Of a stretch of 63,252 nucleotides of DNA, positions 27,478-37,950 are shown piece by piece. The position numbers and the translations under genes are program-made. Position 1 is the stretch's first letter; every line of letters starts with the position of its first letter. The stretch is from the IMG/VR virus record IMGVR_UViG_3300015607_003164. One strand, given 5' to 3'. This DNA comes from an uncultured virus (IMG/VR IMGVR_UViG_3300015607_003164) (Duplodnaviria; Heunggongvirae; Uroviricota; Caudoviricetes). The notes under the pieces are model-generated. The model was not told the DNA's origin and did no database searches. It saw only the letters and a program-made list of their open reading frames with translations.

Positions 27478-29148
27478 TTATAATTTACTCATTAGGTTTT
27501 TAATTCTTTGAAGTGACTCTAATATATCATCTGGGTTTATATAATATGAATCTGTTAGATAATCATAAGCTCTGCTAGGTCTATCACTTGATATACTTTC
27601 AACAACATAACTAAAGTATCTTGAACAACCGTATCTATCTGACTTTAATACATTTCTCATTGAACTTATTTTTTGAGATACAACTTCAAAGTCCTCAATA
27701 CTATCAACTTGATAGTTGTTTAAGTTGTCATATATAGCCTCGCTTATTTCATCCAATAAATCAAATATCTTAAAGAATACTTCATCTTTACTATTTGATT
27801 TTAGTTTTGCTTTTATTTCTTTAACTGTGTTAGCTGTAGAACTTGCTCTTTTCATACCTATTCTGAATAGTTCGTCAGATCTTTTTGAGATACTTTCAGC
27901 TAGTGATGTTTTTGCTCTATCATTATCTTCCTTCATTAATCTAAGATATTCAGATATTGTATTACCAAATCTACTATAAATATCTGTTGAATATATAACA
28001 TAAAGAGCTCCTCTTTTACCACCTAAAGACCTCATAATTAATCTATTACAATTGGCGATATCTTTAGTAATATCAAGTCTTTGTGAAAGAGTATTAACAT
28101 ATCTTTCAATATTTCTCTTTTTGATTTCTTCATCTGATTGACTTGGATCCAATTTAGAACCTTTCTTAGACATTTCTCTTGAACTTTGCATATCTGCTTT
28201 AGTTTCAAATTCAGATTTTCTTAACTTACCAAAGTCAAATACAATAGCAAAGTGAGCATCTTTTATTAAACTTTCAACATCAGAAGATGATGGTTGAACA
28301 CCACTGTAGCTAAAGTTACAAGCTACGTTCCAAGTAAGTGGATCTGCTTCTTCTTCGACTTCTGACTTTTTGGCTTTTGGTGTTGCTATAAACATATTTC
28401 TATATTGTGTGAATCTGCCGGTACCATCACCGCTACCTAATACCCAAGAATATCTACCAAATTTCTGCCAAACTCGACTACTTATATTATCTGGTGATGA
28501 ACCACTTGCTTTATTTTGAATAGCATAATATCTGGTTCTGTCCTTAATTATATAAGCAATCATCTCTTCACTGTTAATATTAAGTTTAACGGTTTCACCA
28601 CCGTTTAATGTGCCTAGATTATCAACTCTATTACCTATTATATAGTCACTTATTCTGTGTGATATACCTGTAGAACTTTTTTGGTGACCTCTGATGATAC
28701 CATCTACCATTGTAGTGGCTACATATTTACCTTCAGAAGTAAACCAGAATTTAAGAAGTTTTAACTCAGATCTTTTTGGTTTAACACCAGTACCGTTACA
28801 AACAGGACAAACTACTTCTCTTGTTCTAGCACCCCACATTCTTTTAATCTTACCTTTCTCACACTTAGCACCTTCTACGGCATATTGTGGAAATTCACTT
28901 TTTGATGTTGCTTCACAAGGTTCATCACCTGTCATAGCAGCAACTTTAAGAGCCTTTTTGAATGGTAAATATTCAAAAAAGTCATCGCTTAATTTTGATA
29001 AAGGATAATCAATTGAACTACACATTTTTTTAATTTGATTAAAGAACTTCTCTCTATCGTTTGAGTCTTTAATATATCCTAATGTTTTACCGAGAACTTT
29101 TGAATCAAAAGCCTCAAATAATTGAATGTATTTTAAATTGTTTTTCAT
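27478..29148 (-). CDS. N-tagged 556-aa protein with CxxCxGxG motif
   Basis: LKYIQLFEAF; CPVCNGTG. Confidence 0.85.
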   Translation of the reverse strand: MKNNLKYIQLFEAFDSKVLGKTLGYIKDSNDREKFFNQIKKMCSSIDYPLSKLSDDFFEYLPFKKALKVAAMTGDEPCEATSKSEFPQYAVEGAKCEKGKIKRMWGARTREVVCPVCNGTGVKPKRSELKLLKFWFTSEGKYVATTMVDGIIRGHQKSSTGISHRISDYIIGNRVDNLGTLNGGETVKLNINSEEMIAYIIKDRTRYYAIQNKASGSSPDNISSRVWQKFGRYSWVLGSGDGTGRFTQYRNMFIATPKAKKSEVEEEADPLTWNVACNFSYSGVQPSSSDVESLIKDAHFAIVFDFGKLRKSEFETKADMQSSREMSKKGSKLDPSQSDEEIKKRNIERYVNTLSQRLDITKDIANCNRLIMRSLGGKRGALYVIYSTDIYSRFGNTISEYLRLMKEDNDRAKTSLAESISKRSDELFRIGMKRASSTANTVKEIKAKLKSNSKDEVFFKIFDLLDEISEAIYDNLNNYQVDSIEDFEVVSQKISSMRNVLKSDRYGCSRYFSYVVESISSDRPSRAYDYLTDSYYINPDDILESLQRIKNLMSKL

Positions 29149-29807
29149 ATAGTTGCTCTTTTTATATCTCTATTTACTTTACTACAGAGAGGTTGTAGAT
29201 TTGTGTAATGGTTTAATTTTATAACTTCCTCTTCATTTTTTGCTGATGATAAAGGTATAATATGATCAATATCCCATCCTGTGTTAAAATTACCATCATA
29301 TTTACCTCTATTTTCCCAGTTCATCCAATGTTCAAATTTTGACTCTAAATAAACTTTGAATTCATTGAAACTACATCCCAATATTTCTGATGTTTTTTTA
29401 CCATTTTTATTTAGACTTTTTCTAATCAATGATCTAACTTTTTGTTTGAAGATAAAAATGGCGTCGGTTTCTTTTTTGATGTGATAATATTTTCTACTCC
29501 ATTCTTTTTTATTTTCCTTGTCAATAATTATATTATGTTTATTTTCTTCATAATATTTTTTCTTGTTATCTTTATTTAATTCGTAATATTTTTTATTATA
29601 TTCTTTTCTACTATCTGTTTTTTGTTTACTCAATATTTCTATTTTATTTTCTTGATAGTATTCTTTTCTTTTTGACTTGTTTTTGATATATGAATTCTTC
29701 ATGCTTTCTTTGTGACAAGAAATGCAGTCAGATCTATATTCATTTTTAGATCTTTTATGAAATTCATTTATCTGCTTTTCTATCTTACATTTACTACAAG
29801 TCTTCAT
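29145..29807 (-). CDS. HNH homing endonuclease-like protein
   Basis: N-terminal CxxC..CxxC; WDIDHIIP...HYTNLQPL...N. Confidence 0.85.
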   Translation of the reverse strand: MKTCSKCKIEKQINEFHKRSKNEYRSDCISCHKESMKNSYIKNKSKRKEYYQENKIEILSKQKTDSRKEYNKKYYELNKDNKKKYYEENKHNIIIDKENKKEWSRKYYHIKKETDAIFIFKQKVRSLIRKSLNKNGKKTSEILGCSFNEFKVYLESKFEHWMNWENRGKYDGNFNTGWDIDHIIPLSSAKNEEEVIKLNHYTNLQPLCSKVNRDIKRATI

Positions 29808-29816
29808 ATTTAATAT

Positions 29817-31484
29817 TTATATTACAGGTCCAACAATATCAACCTTTATACCACGTTTTCTAACTTGGTTAATTTGCTCTTTAGATTCTTTATCTTTAAC
29901 TAAGTCACCTGATATAACAAGTTTCTTAATTCCAAGATTTTCTGTTAAGTCTTTTAACTCTGCAAAAGTATCTAAAGTATAAACTACTTGTAACTCTTCT
30001 AAGTTTTTGAATTCAGAGAAAGATAATTCACCTGTTAAATCACAACTTATAATTTGTAGCTTTTTAATATCAGGATTTACTTTATTCATTTCACTAAGAA
30101 CTGAAGTTTCTAATTTACATTTATCGAATGCTATAGAATCTGTTTTAACTTTATCAAAATTTGACAAGTCATTTATTTTAAGATATTTGAATTTAATCCA
30201 ATCTGGATTTAATTTAATTTTCATTAAATCTTCAGGAATATCTGTTGTTTCAATGATTAATTCTTTAATTTTAGCATCTGGCGCAATTTTAACATTAGAC
30301 CAATCATGCATTCTGCTTAAATAAAGAGTTTTAGTGTTTTTACCAATATAAGGTTTTCTTTCAAGTCTTAATCTATCCATATAAGGGTCTCTTACTCTAT
30401 CATCTACATCAATATCTGGTGTAAAATAATAAGTAATACTACTTCTATCACTAACTGTTTGTTTATTTTCTGTGTATTTTTCTAACATTTCACCGAAAAC
30501 ATCTTTCATTCTATCTGGATAAGCTCTGTCAAAGAAAACCTTAGCAGGTTCTTGATCATTAAATGTTTCTATGTTTCTAATCATCATTCTTGAAAGTGGA
30601 AGTTGATCAGATATTTTTTCATCACCCCAGAAAATTGGCGTTTCAAATGTTAAGAAGGCTGGAATTGAGTTAGGATCAAATACGTTACCTAAAACTTGCT
30701 CTCTATAACCACCACTATATAAGTGCTGACAAGAAGCATAGAATTTAGAAATTGACATATTTAATATATCTTTAGGATTGTGACTTATTGAAATATAAAT
30801 ATCTTTGTTAAATATTTCAAAATCAACTTTATAGTCAGAATTCTCATCAATCTTAGCCATACTTCTTAAATTACTAATGTTACCATTACTAAAGTTAGCA
30901 TTTACTCTATCTTCTTGGAAACATCTGTTAAAGTCTTCAACAAAAGTGTTGATATTAACTAAGTTGTTAGTGAACATTAATTCACCTTTTTCCTTCTGAG
31001 TTTTAATCATATTACCTGCTTCATCCCTAACCGGACGACCATTCTCGTCTTTTTGGATAACCTCAGTTGCCATTGTTTCAGATACAGAGATTTTTCTGAA
31101 AACTGGCTCATATATAATTACTATTTGATCGACTGTTGGGTTTTTAACATTAAAGTCTTTCATTATTACTTTATAACTTTCCTTAGAAATTAAATCAGTA
31201 TTAATAGACTGTGCAATAGTTGATGCAAATTTATCATTTAAACTTGTGAAAATGTTATAGACTTCTGTCATATTACAATCAAAGAATTTACCTAAGACTT
31301 TCATCTTATCTTCATTCTCAAGTTTCCATTTACCTTGTTTAATTTTGTCTGTTGCTGTTACTTCCTCATAGTCAAGGAACTTCTCACCCCAGATTCTTGA
31401 CACTTCCTTAGCTTGTCTAGGGAATATCACATCACGAAGTTTTGCTTCGTTTAAGAATTTTTCTCTGTTTTTAATCCATTTCAT
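29817..31484 (-). CDS. N-tagged 555-aa protein with LRR-like C-terminus
   Basis: MKWIKNREKFLNE; IKKLQI/LEELQV/IKKLVI repeats. Confidence 0.85.
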   Translation of the reverse strand: MKWIKNREKFLNEAKLRDVIFPRQAKEVSRIWGEKFLDYEEVTATDKIKQGKWKLENEDKMKVLGKFFDCNMTEVYNIFTSLNDKFASTIAQSINTDLISKESYKVIMKDFNVKNPTVDQIVIIYEPVFRKISVSETMATEVIQKDENGRPVRDEAGNMIKTQKEKGELMFTNNLVNINTFVEDFNRCFQEDRVNANFSNGNISNLRSMAKIDENSDYKVDFEIFNKDIYISISHNPKDILNMSISKFYASCQHLYSGGYREQVLGNVFDPNSIPAFLTFETPIFWGDEKISDQLPLSRMMIRNIETFNDQEPAKVFFDRAYPDRMKDVFGEMLEKYTENKQTVSDRSSITYYFTPDIDVDDRVRDPYMDRLRLERKPYIGKNTKTLYLSRMHDWSNVKIAPDAKIKELIIETTDIPEDLMKIKLNPDWIKFKYLKINDLSNFDKVKTDSIAFDKCKLETSVLSEMNKVNPDIKKLQIISCDLTGELSFSEFKNLEELQVVYTLDTFAELKDLTENLGIKKLVISGDLVKDKESKEQINQVRKRGIKVDIVGPVI

Positions 31485-31588
31485 AGTAATTTATATATTA
31501 AATTTATTTTGGTAAAAACCAATTTCTGTATATATTAATAATTAAACATTCAAACTTTATTTTCATATAAAACAAAAAATATATTTTT

Positions 31589-32114
31589 ATGAATAGACAA
31601 ACAAACTATAAAGCAGCAGGTTGGTTACTTTTCGGTCTTATTGTTTTTGGTGCTATTATTTTTGGCTCAATGTTTTATTCTTGTGGAGGTAGTAAAGAGG
31701 AAACTCGATACGTTAGAAAAAATGCTAACTCTCCAGAAGCATATGACGATATTGAAGCAATGAATAAGGCTCTAAGTATTATGAGAGAGAAAGGCTGTAC
31801 TGACCCAACAAGTTGGTATTATCAAGGTGCAGTACATTGGATACCAGACTCAATTGGTAGAAACCCTCTTTGTGAATCCTACAGAACAGTGGCAGATTTA
31901 AAAGAAGCTTGGGACAACTGTACTCACTCACCATCTGGTAAAGAAAAAATTCACTTCTTAGTATGGCACAGACTTTATATCTGGCATTTTGAAAAGATTG
32001 TAAGAAAGTTATCAGGTAAAAAAGACTTCGCACTTCCTTATTGGGGCTATACAAATAATAACGCTTCTGATAAATTGATGCCAAGATTATTTAGAAATTC
32101 AAATTCATCTTTAT
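31589..32114 (+). pseudogene. Tyrosinase/polyphenol oxidase, 5' part (CuA site)
   Basis: QGAVH..CTH..HFLVWHRLYIWHFE..DFALPYW; cut by IS left end. Confidence 0.85.
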
Positions 32115-32732
32115 ATAGACCACCAAAGAAAACACAGAAGTCTTTAGCTTCTGTGATGAATTTGACTTAACTTTTTATAAGGAAGGTAACAATTTTTAAT
32201 ATATAAATTATGTTAAAATCCTATAAATATAGAATATATCCAACTGACGATCAGATAGTTAAATTATCAAATATCTTTGGTCAAGTTAGATTTGTATATA
32301 ATTTAGGATTAGAAACAAAGATAAATGCTTGGAAAACACATAGAAAATCTATATCAGCATTTGATCTTAATAACCAAATTAAAGACCTCAAAGATCATAT
32401 AGACTGGATTGATGCACCCAGCCAATCTTTACAGATGGCTATGAAAAACTTAGATAGTGCTTATAATTCATTCTTCAAAGGTGGTGGTTTCCCTAAATTC
32501 AAGAATAAATATAGTAAGCAGAGTTTCCAACTACCACAAGGTGTTCACTTTAAGGATGGTAAGGTATTCATACCTAAACTTAAATTGGTGGATATAGATA
32601 TACATAGAGAATTTAATGGGACTATAAAAACATCAACTATTTCTAAATCAACTACTAATAAATATTACATTTCAATTCTAGTGGATACTCATGTGTCCAA
32701 ACCAGAAAAGAAACCAATTAAATTATCCACTA
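32115..32732 (+). mobile_element. Truncated IS200/IS605-family element
   Basis: Left-end hairpin CACAGAAG-TCTTTAG-CTTCTGTG after TTTAT; 41 bp identical to 58475-58515. Confidence 0.85.
32210..32732 (+). pseudogene. tnpB: TnpB N-terminal fragment
   Basis: KSYKYRIYPT..FGQVRFVYN..GFPKFK..KYYISILV; RuvC part missing. Confidence 0.9.
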
Positions 32733-32733
32733 G

Positions 32734-33315
32734 TATGTTTTCTTTGATGAGAATGGTAAGAAAGTGGAATATACAATGGATGAGGTTATTAAAATCATTT
32801 ACAATATGGACTATGACTTTGATGATACAAAAGTTAAGCCTATTGATAATCCTACTTTAGTTCAAGCTACACCAATACAAGAGGTAGTTAATCACAAGTC
32901 TAAAAAATCTATTGGTGCTTCAGTTACTAAGTTCTCTGTTAGTCACAATGGCTTATTAAAATCTTCTAATAAATCATTCAAACGAATGTATATGGAAGTA
33001 ACTGTATCATTTACTAATGTACCGAGAGGTATCTATGAAATATATCTAAACAACCCTAACGACAGCTTCTCAACTAGTAGCGAGCACTTCGTAGGTTTTA
33101 TGAATTTCTTTGGCTTTGACTCTAAAACACAAAGTAAATCTTGTACAAAAGGTTGTTGTACTCCTGTTAATTCAGAAGGAAGACCTTATACAGTGTTTTA
33201 TTATGAGTTAGATCCAAATACCGGTGCTGCCGGAGATTATAACATTGCTGTTTATAAGCATAATAAAGTATCAAGTGATTTGATAATTGAAAGTGTTAGA
33301 ATTACCGGAAGATAA
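32734..33315 (+). pseudogene. Tyrosinase/polyphenol oxidase, 3' part
   Basis: YVFFDENGKKV..MDYDF and C-terminal YEIYLN..HFVG domain; CuB region absent. Confidence 0.7.
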
Positions 33316-33335
33316 TTTATAATTGTTTTTTTCAC

Positions 33336-33366
33336 AAAACCCTTTGAACTTTCAAAGGGTTTTTTT
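33336..33366 (+). terminator. Intrinsic terminator
   Basis: AAAACCCTTTGAA-CT-TTCAAAGGGTTTTTT. Confidence 0.8.
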
Positions 33367-33382
33367 ATTTTTGCAAGATATT

Positions 33383-34363
33383 ATGAAATTAAATCAAAAA
33401 ACACTTGAAAGAATAGTTTATAACTCTGTTGCCAATGATACAGCGTTTCGTAAATTACTTGTAGGTGATTATTTTCCTTATAAAAACTACAGAACCGAGA
33501 TGGTTTTACATCGTGTTAAAGATTCTGAGACATCAGATGGTTATATTGATATTCATTTCAAAGTAATATTTACTAACTTAGATAATGATTACAGTCATAG
33601 TAAAACCTTTGATAGGCATGGTTCTTTAACTATAAACAAATTAGTTTATACTCAATATAACAGAGAACTAACACTTCAAGAAATGGCAATTACACAAGAA
33701 GATAAAATCAGAAAATCATTAAATGAATATTTAGAGTTTGACTCTGATGAATTATTTAGGAGTAAGTTTAACATAGTTAGAATATTTGGTGGTGCTATTC
33801 GTGATATCATCGCTGGTCAAGATATTAATGACGTTGATATTCTTTGTGGCTCTAAAGCAATCAGATATATTGAAATGGTTCTTGAAAAGAATGGTTATCA
33901 ATATATGGAAATGTTGAATGGTAAAGATATTCAAGAAATGTATTCTGAAATTCACGTTATTAATGAACCACATACTTGGATTAAAGGTAAAAAGATTGTT
34001 CAATTAATAAGACCTTCATTAGGTTTTCAAGGTAAAGATGAATCAGTATATCGTCAAGGATTCTCTGATTTAATATCAAATGTTGATTTAAGTTGTTGTG
34101 GTGTTTCTTATGACGGTGAAAGTCTTTATGAAGATTATCCAAATGCGATTGTTCATTGTCAGAGTAAAGTCTTTTCTGTTAATATGTTTGCTAAGATGTA
34201 TTCTCAGAAAAGAGTTCATCATAGAAAAGCTAAATTAGAAAGTAGAGGCTGGACTGAAGTAGAAAATAAAACTAACTTAAATAGAGACTTAAAAATTAAT
34301 AATGTTTTAGGCTTAGAGTCTCAGTTAAAATCAAATCATTTTGAAAGTGTATATGGTTGCTAA
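33383..34363 (+). CDS. Nucleotidyltransferase (CCA/poly(A) polymerase head-like), tag RDLKINNVLGL
   Basis: FGGAIRD...NDVDIL, VDLSCC. Confidence 0.8.
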   Translation: MKLNQKTLERIVYNSVANDTAFRKLLVGDYFPYKNYRTEMVLHRVKDSETSDGYIDIHFKVIFTNLDNDYSHSKTFDRHGSLTINKLVYTQYNRELTLQEMAITQEDKIRKSLNEYLEFDSDELFRSKFNIVRIFGGAIRDIIAGQDINDVDILCGSKAIRYIEMVLEKNGYQYMEMLNGKDIQEMYSEIHVINEPHTWIKGKKIVQLIRPSLGFQGKDESVYRQGFSDLISNVDLSCCGVSYDGESLYEDYPNAIVHCQSKVFSVNMFAKMYSQKRVHHRKAKLESRGWTEVENKTNLNRDLKINNVLGLESQLKSNHFESVYGC

Positions 34364-34568
34364 GATTGTAAATTGGTTCAAAGGCTTATTCAATTCAAAG
34401 CCTGTTAAAGTTAAAAGACGTTTCATACCGGACGATGAATTTAATGCTATGAAAAAAGGAAGAGAAAATAAAATGAATTCTATCTTAGACAAGATATCAA
34501 AAGATGGATATGATAGTTTATCTCAACATGAAAAGAATTTTTTAAATAATTATAGTAAAAATAAATAA
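34353..34568 (+). CDS. DUF6576-like small protein
   Basis: ILDKISKDGYDSLSQHEKNFL. Confidence 0.7.
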   Translation: MVAKIVNWFKGLFNSKPVKVKRRFIPDDEFNAMKKGRENKMNSILDKISKDGYDSLSQHEKNFLNNYSKNK

Positions 34569-34969
34569 TGGCTCTAACTTGTCCAAGTTGTGAAAAAACA
34601 AATAAGTGTGATTGTAAAACTTGCAATCCAGATGGTAACGCAACAGATTTAGTAATTATACTTAAAGATGAAGAGTGTTATCAATGTTGTTTTTGTGGTC
34701 ATAAGTTTGATGAGCAAGATTCATTAGACCACGACTGGGAAAGAATGATTAAAGATTTTGCTAAAAAAGCAACTCCTGAGTTGTGTTTAGATTGGATTTC
34801 AGCACCAACTAAAGAAAGAAAAGAATTAGAAGAAAGAATTGGCATTGGTGAGTTTGGTTTTGAACAATCATTCGCAGTTCATTTTAAGATGAATTGGAAA
34901 GATTGTGATAGAGAAACTTTTAAGAAATTAAAAAGAGATATAACTATTAAAAGTATAATTAATGATTAA
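34568..34969 (+). CDS. Cys-rich protein, tag RDITIKSII
   Basis: Multiple CxxC. Confidence 0.8.
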   Translation: MALTCPSCEKTNKCDCKTCNPDGNATDLVIILKDEECYQCCFCGHKFDEQDSLDHDWERMIKDFAKKATPELCLDWISAPTKERKELEERIGIGEFGFEQSFAVHFKMNWKDCDRETFKKLKRDITIKSIIND

Positions 34970-35273
34970 ACTATTTTCTTACGGGACTCTTTGTCAGAAA
35001 GATGTTCAACTCAGTGAGTTTGGTCAAGAATTCTATGTTGAGCCACACTTAGATTATATTGTTGGTTGGGATATTATTCAAGTAAAAATGTATGGTGAAT
35101 ACTGCAAAGTTGCCATTCCTAATCCAGAATCAACCTCAGCTATATTTGGAGCTATTGTTCATATTCCAGAAGAAATGATACCAATGGTTGATAAATATGA
35201 AGGCTTGGAGTACAAGAAAGTCAATATAAAAACTTTGAGTGATGTTGAATGTATAATGTATGTAAAAAGATAA
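34962..35273 (+). CDS. Gamma-glutamylcyclotransferase (AIG2-like) family
   Basis: LFSYGTL...VDKYEGLEY. Confidence 0.8.
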   Translation: MIKLFSYGTLCQKDVQLSEFGQEFYVEPHLDYIVGWDIIQVKMYGEYCKVAIPNPESTSAIFGAIVHIPEEMIPMVDKYEGLEYKKVNIKTLSDVECIMYVKR

Positions 35274-35279
35274 TCTAAT

Positions 35280-35837
35280 ATGAAATATACAATTGAAGTA
35301 AATGGCAAAGGCGCAGAAGCCTTCATTCACAAACTAACAGGTTACTATACGCAGACAAACTTTTATCAAATTCAGAGCACAGAAGAACAATACGAAAATC
35401 TACAAGAGGGTGGTGTTGAAGATGATGCAATGGATGTAGATGAAATTAATGAAGTCTTAGGTATGGACTTTTTAGATTCTGAAGATATTATTACCGGTAT
35501 TTATACAGGTGGTGAAAATATACAAATCATTGTTAAAGATGAAGAAGGTGAAGTTGTTTGGGAGTCTGATGAAGATTTTGAATTTGAAGAATATCAAGAC
35601 GAGTATAAATTTAATGATACAACTTATTTTTCAGCGGAAGATTATCAAAAAGGAAACTTCTTTAATTACGTTTTAGAAACAGATGAAGATTTCAATCCTG
35701 AGTTACTAAGTGCTGTTCTTGTTGAGATTTTAGATGGTAGATCTGAGTTAATAACAGATATTAAATATAATGGTCAAGAAATGGAAAAAGAATATGGTGA
35801 TACTATTTCTAAAGGTTTCACTTACATGTTAAACTAA
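35280..35837 (+). CDS. Highly acidic hypothetical protein
   Basis: D/E-rich ORF. Confidence 0.8.
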   Translation: MKYTIEVNGKGAEAFIHKLTGYYTQTNFYQIQSTEEQYENLQEGGVEDDAMDVDEINEVLGMDFLDSEDIITGIYTGGENIQIIVKDEEGEVVWESDEDFEFEEYQDEYKFNDTTYFSAEDYQKGNFFNYVLETDEDFNPELLSAVLVEILDGRSELITDIKYNGQEMEKEYGDTISKGFTYMLN

Positions 35838-35855
35838 TTTAACTTTATATAAAAT

Positions 35856-35886
35856 AAAAAACCCACTCAATTGAGTGGGTTTTTTT
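35856..35886. terminator. Bidirectional terminator
   Basis: AAAAAACCCACTCAATTGAGTGGGTTTTTTT. Confidence 0.85.
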
Positions 35887-35902
35887 GTATCAATTGTGTT
35901 TA

Positions 35903-36175
35903 TTAATTAACACTCTTGCTTAAATCAGAACCAGCTTTGAAGCGAGCAACTGTTTTAGCAGAGATGTTAATAACTTCACCAGTCTTAGGATTGCGACCTT
36001 TACGAGCTTCTCTTTGAGAAGTTGTAAATGTTCCAAAACCTACAAGTGTAACTTTCTCACCATTTGAAAGTGATTCAGTAACAGCTGAAACGAAAGCATC
36101 AATAACTTCGTTAGACTTTGATTTTGATAGACCTGTTTGTTTAGCTATCGAGTTTACTAAATCTGTCTTATTCAT
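35903..36175 (-). CDS. hup: DNA-binding protein HU
   Basis: MNKTDLV..VTLVGFGTF..ARKGRNPKTGE..FKAG. Confidence 0.95.
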   Translation of the reverse strand: MNKTDLVNSIAKQTGLSKSKSNEVIDAFVSAVTESLSNGEKVTLVGFGTFTTSQREARKGRNPKTGEVINISAKTVARFKAGSDLSKSVN

Positions 36176-36279
36176 TTGTCGTTATATTTTTTTATTACGG
36201 AATACCTTTATTTACCGTATGTCTTTTATACGGCCTTACAGGGCGTAAGTTTTAAAAAGTTTAGTAAAATTGAAAAAAA

Positions 36280-36603
36280 TTAAATTATTTTTTCAACGTA
36301 AGTGCATATTTCGCCTGTATCAAAACCTTTCTCAATTAGTAGTGGTAGGCTTTCTTCTTTACACCAAGCATAAACTAGATGTCCTTTGTAGTTTTCATTC
36401 ACATAGTTCCATCTTGTGTCCCATAGATTTCGATAAATTCCTTTTCTTCTATGATTAGGACAAACCCAAGCATCTAAGAATTTAATCTTATTATCTTTTT
36501 CTATTTTCATATAAATATGTCCAACAACTTCTTCACCAATAGTTGCTATCCAAGTTTCAATTTCTTGGGCATTTGGCTTTAAATGTACTATTCTCTCGAT
36601 CAC
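36280..36603 (-). CDS. GNAT acetyltransferase
   Basis: WVCPNHRRKGIY...KGF. Confidence 0.8.
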   Translation of the reverse strand: MIERIVHLKPNAQEIETWIATIGEEVVGHIYMKIEKDNKIKFLDAWVCPNHRRKGIYRNLWDTRWNYVNENYKGHLVYAWCKEESLPLLIEKGFDTGEICTYVEKII

Positions 36604-36687
36604 TTGATATTACTATGTTTTAGAGTATATATTTTTATTTGAATTAAAAAATATGGATTATTGGTAATTGTTTATTATATTTGTGTT

Positions 36688-36936
36688 ATGAATTTACCAA
36701 ATTCTATACCTCATAGTATAAATTGTCCTTCTTGTATGCCTTCAGGTCTTAATTGGAAAGAACAATTGGCTGAACTTGAGTGGCAGGTGGATAATTCTGG
36801 CTATTTTTATTTATCTTACTATTGTAAAAACTGTACGAATGGTTGGACAACAAATGATTCTGATGAAATATCATTGAGGCAAAGAAAAATTAAAAAAAGA
36901 AGTCTATTAAGAAAAGATAAAATAAAAAAAATATGA
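36688..36936 (+). CDS. Zn-ribbon protein, tag RKDKIKKI
   Basis: CPSC...CKNC; promoter at 36676. Confidence 0.75.
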   Translation: MNLPNSIPHSINCPSCMPSGLNWKEQLAELEWQVDNSGYFYLSYYCKNCTNGWTTNDSDEISLRQRKIKKRSLLRKDKIKKI

Positions 36937-37475
36937 AAATTTGGATTGTTAAAATTGGTACTAATAGCAGAACTTTTTTTGATGAAAAAAGCTTCAATGA
37001 TTGGTTAGTCTCAACAACTGACGCAGTTGCAAACCGAGTTGTTGAGGTTTATGAAGCAAACCCAATTGAACGCAGAACCGTTAAAGAAATTAAAGATAGC
37101 ATCAAAGATTCAAATGTTCGTGAGTCTCGAATTCAAGCTGTTGTCTCTGACAGCCCCTGGTATTCTAAATTTGAAACCTTCAAGACCGAGCTAACTAAGT
37201 ATGAAAATACAACTTGGCTTATTGAAAAACTAAATATGTTAGGCAGTGACCAAAAAGTCATTGTTAAATTCCTTAAATCTCAAAGAGAATTTTTATTGTG
37301 TGATGTCAGTGATGATGTTAAGTGGTTTGAATTGTTGATTGATGTTACTGGTATTAAAGAAATGGTTGATTTTTCATTAAAAAAACTAAATGGTTGGAAC
37401 ACCAGAGTAATGGTTTCTAAAAAACGTAAAGATAACTTCTTAAAAGCTCAAGGTAATGTGCAGAAAACCGTGTAA
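36933..37475 (+). CDS. Hypothetical protein
   Basis: ORF. Confidence 0.8.
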   Translation: MKIWIVKIGTNSRTFFDEKSFNDWLVSTTDAVANRVVEVYEANPIERRTVKEIKDSIKDSNVRESRIQAVVSDSPWYSKFETFKTELTKYENTTWLIEKLNMLGSDQKVIVKFLKSQREFLLCDVSDDVKWFELLIDVTGIKEMVDFSLKKLNGWNTRVMVSKKRKDNFLKAQGNVQKTV

Positions 37476-37668
37476 AGAATGTCCTTGGAAAAATGAAAAC
37501 GAACATAGTTTGAAATTTCGAACCTATGTTGATAAGATGCGCAAAGTCGGTAAAGTAGATAATCATAAGTGTCATATGATATCATCAGATGTATGGGCTT
37601 ATGATTCAGATGTCAATAGTAAAAATGTTTGTGTTGGATCAATAAACTTTCAAAATAAAAAACAATAA
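37456..37668 (+). CDS. Cys-rich small protein (PCKECPW..CH..CVG)
   Basis: ORF. Confidence 0.75.
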   Translation: MCRKPCKECPWKNENEHSLKFRTYVDKMRKVGKVDNHKCHMISSDVWAYDSDVNSKNVCVGSINFQNKKQ

Positions 37669-37675
37669 AAGTGAT

Positions 37676-37948
37676 ATGGAAAAAAGAGAAATAAGAATAT
37701 CATTAAATGAGGCTATGTTTACTAATATATGTAAGCATGGTTTTATTAAACACCAAAGCACACTTTCTGGTACTTATGACGTTAGATTTACCAGAGTTGA
37801 TATGAAGCATTTATGTAAAGGTGATGTCTTAGAAAAAGATACAGATGATGCCATCTTGAAGTTTGCACTTCAGGACTTGGGTTCGGAACTAATCCGAGAA
37901 ATTGTTAAACGTTCACCTATATATTCAGAGTTAGCACAAGAATTGTAA
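37676..37948 (+). CDS. Hypothetical protein
   Basis: ORF. Confidence 0.8.
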   Translation: MEKREIRISLNEAMFTNICKHGFIKHQSTLSGTYDVRFTRVDMKHLCKGDVLEKDTDDAILKFALQDLGSELIREIVKRSPIYSELAQEL

Positions 37949-37950
37949 TT

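Noticed and set aside
27716..30324. + strand ORFs at 27716, 28694 and 30007
   Set aside because: Antisense to well-supported minus-strand genes.
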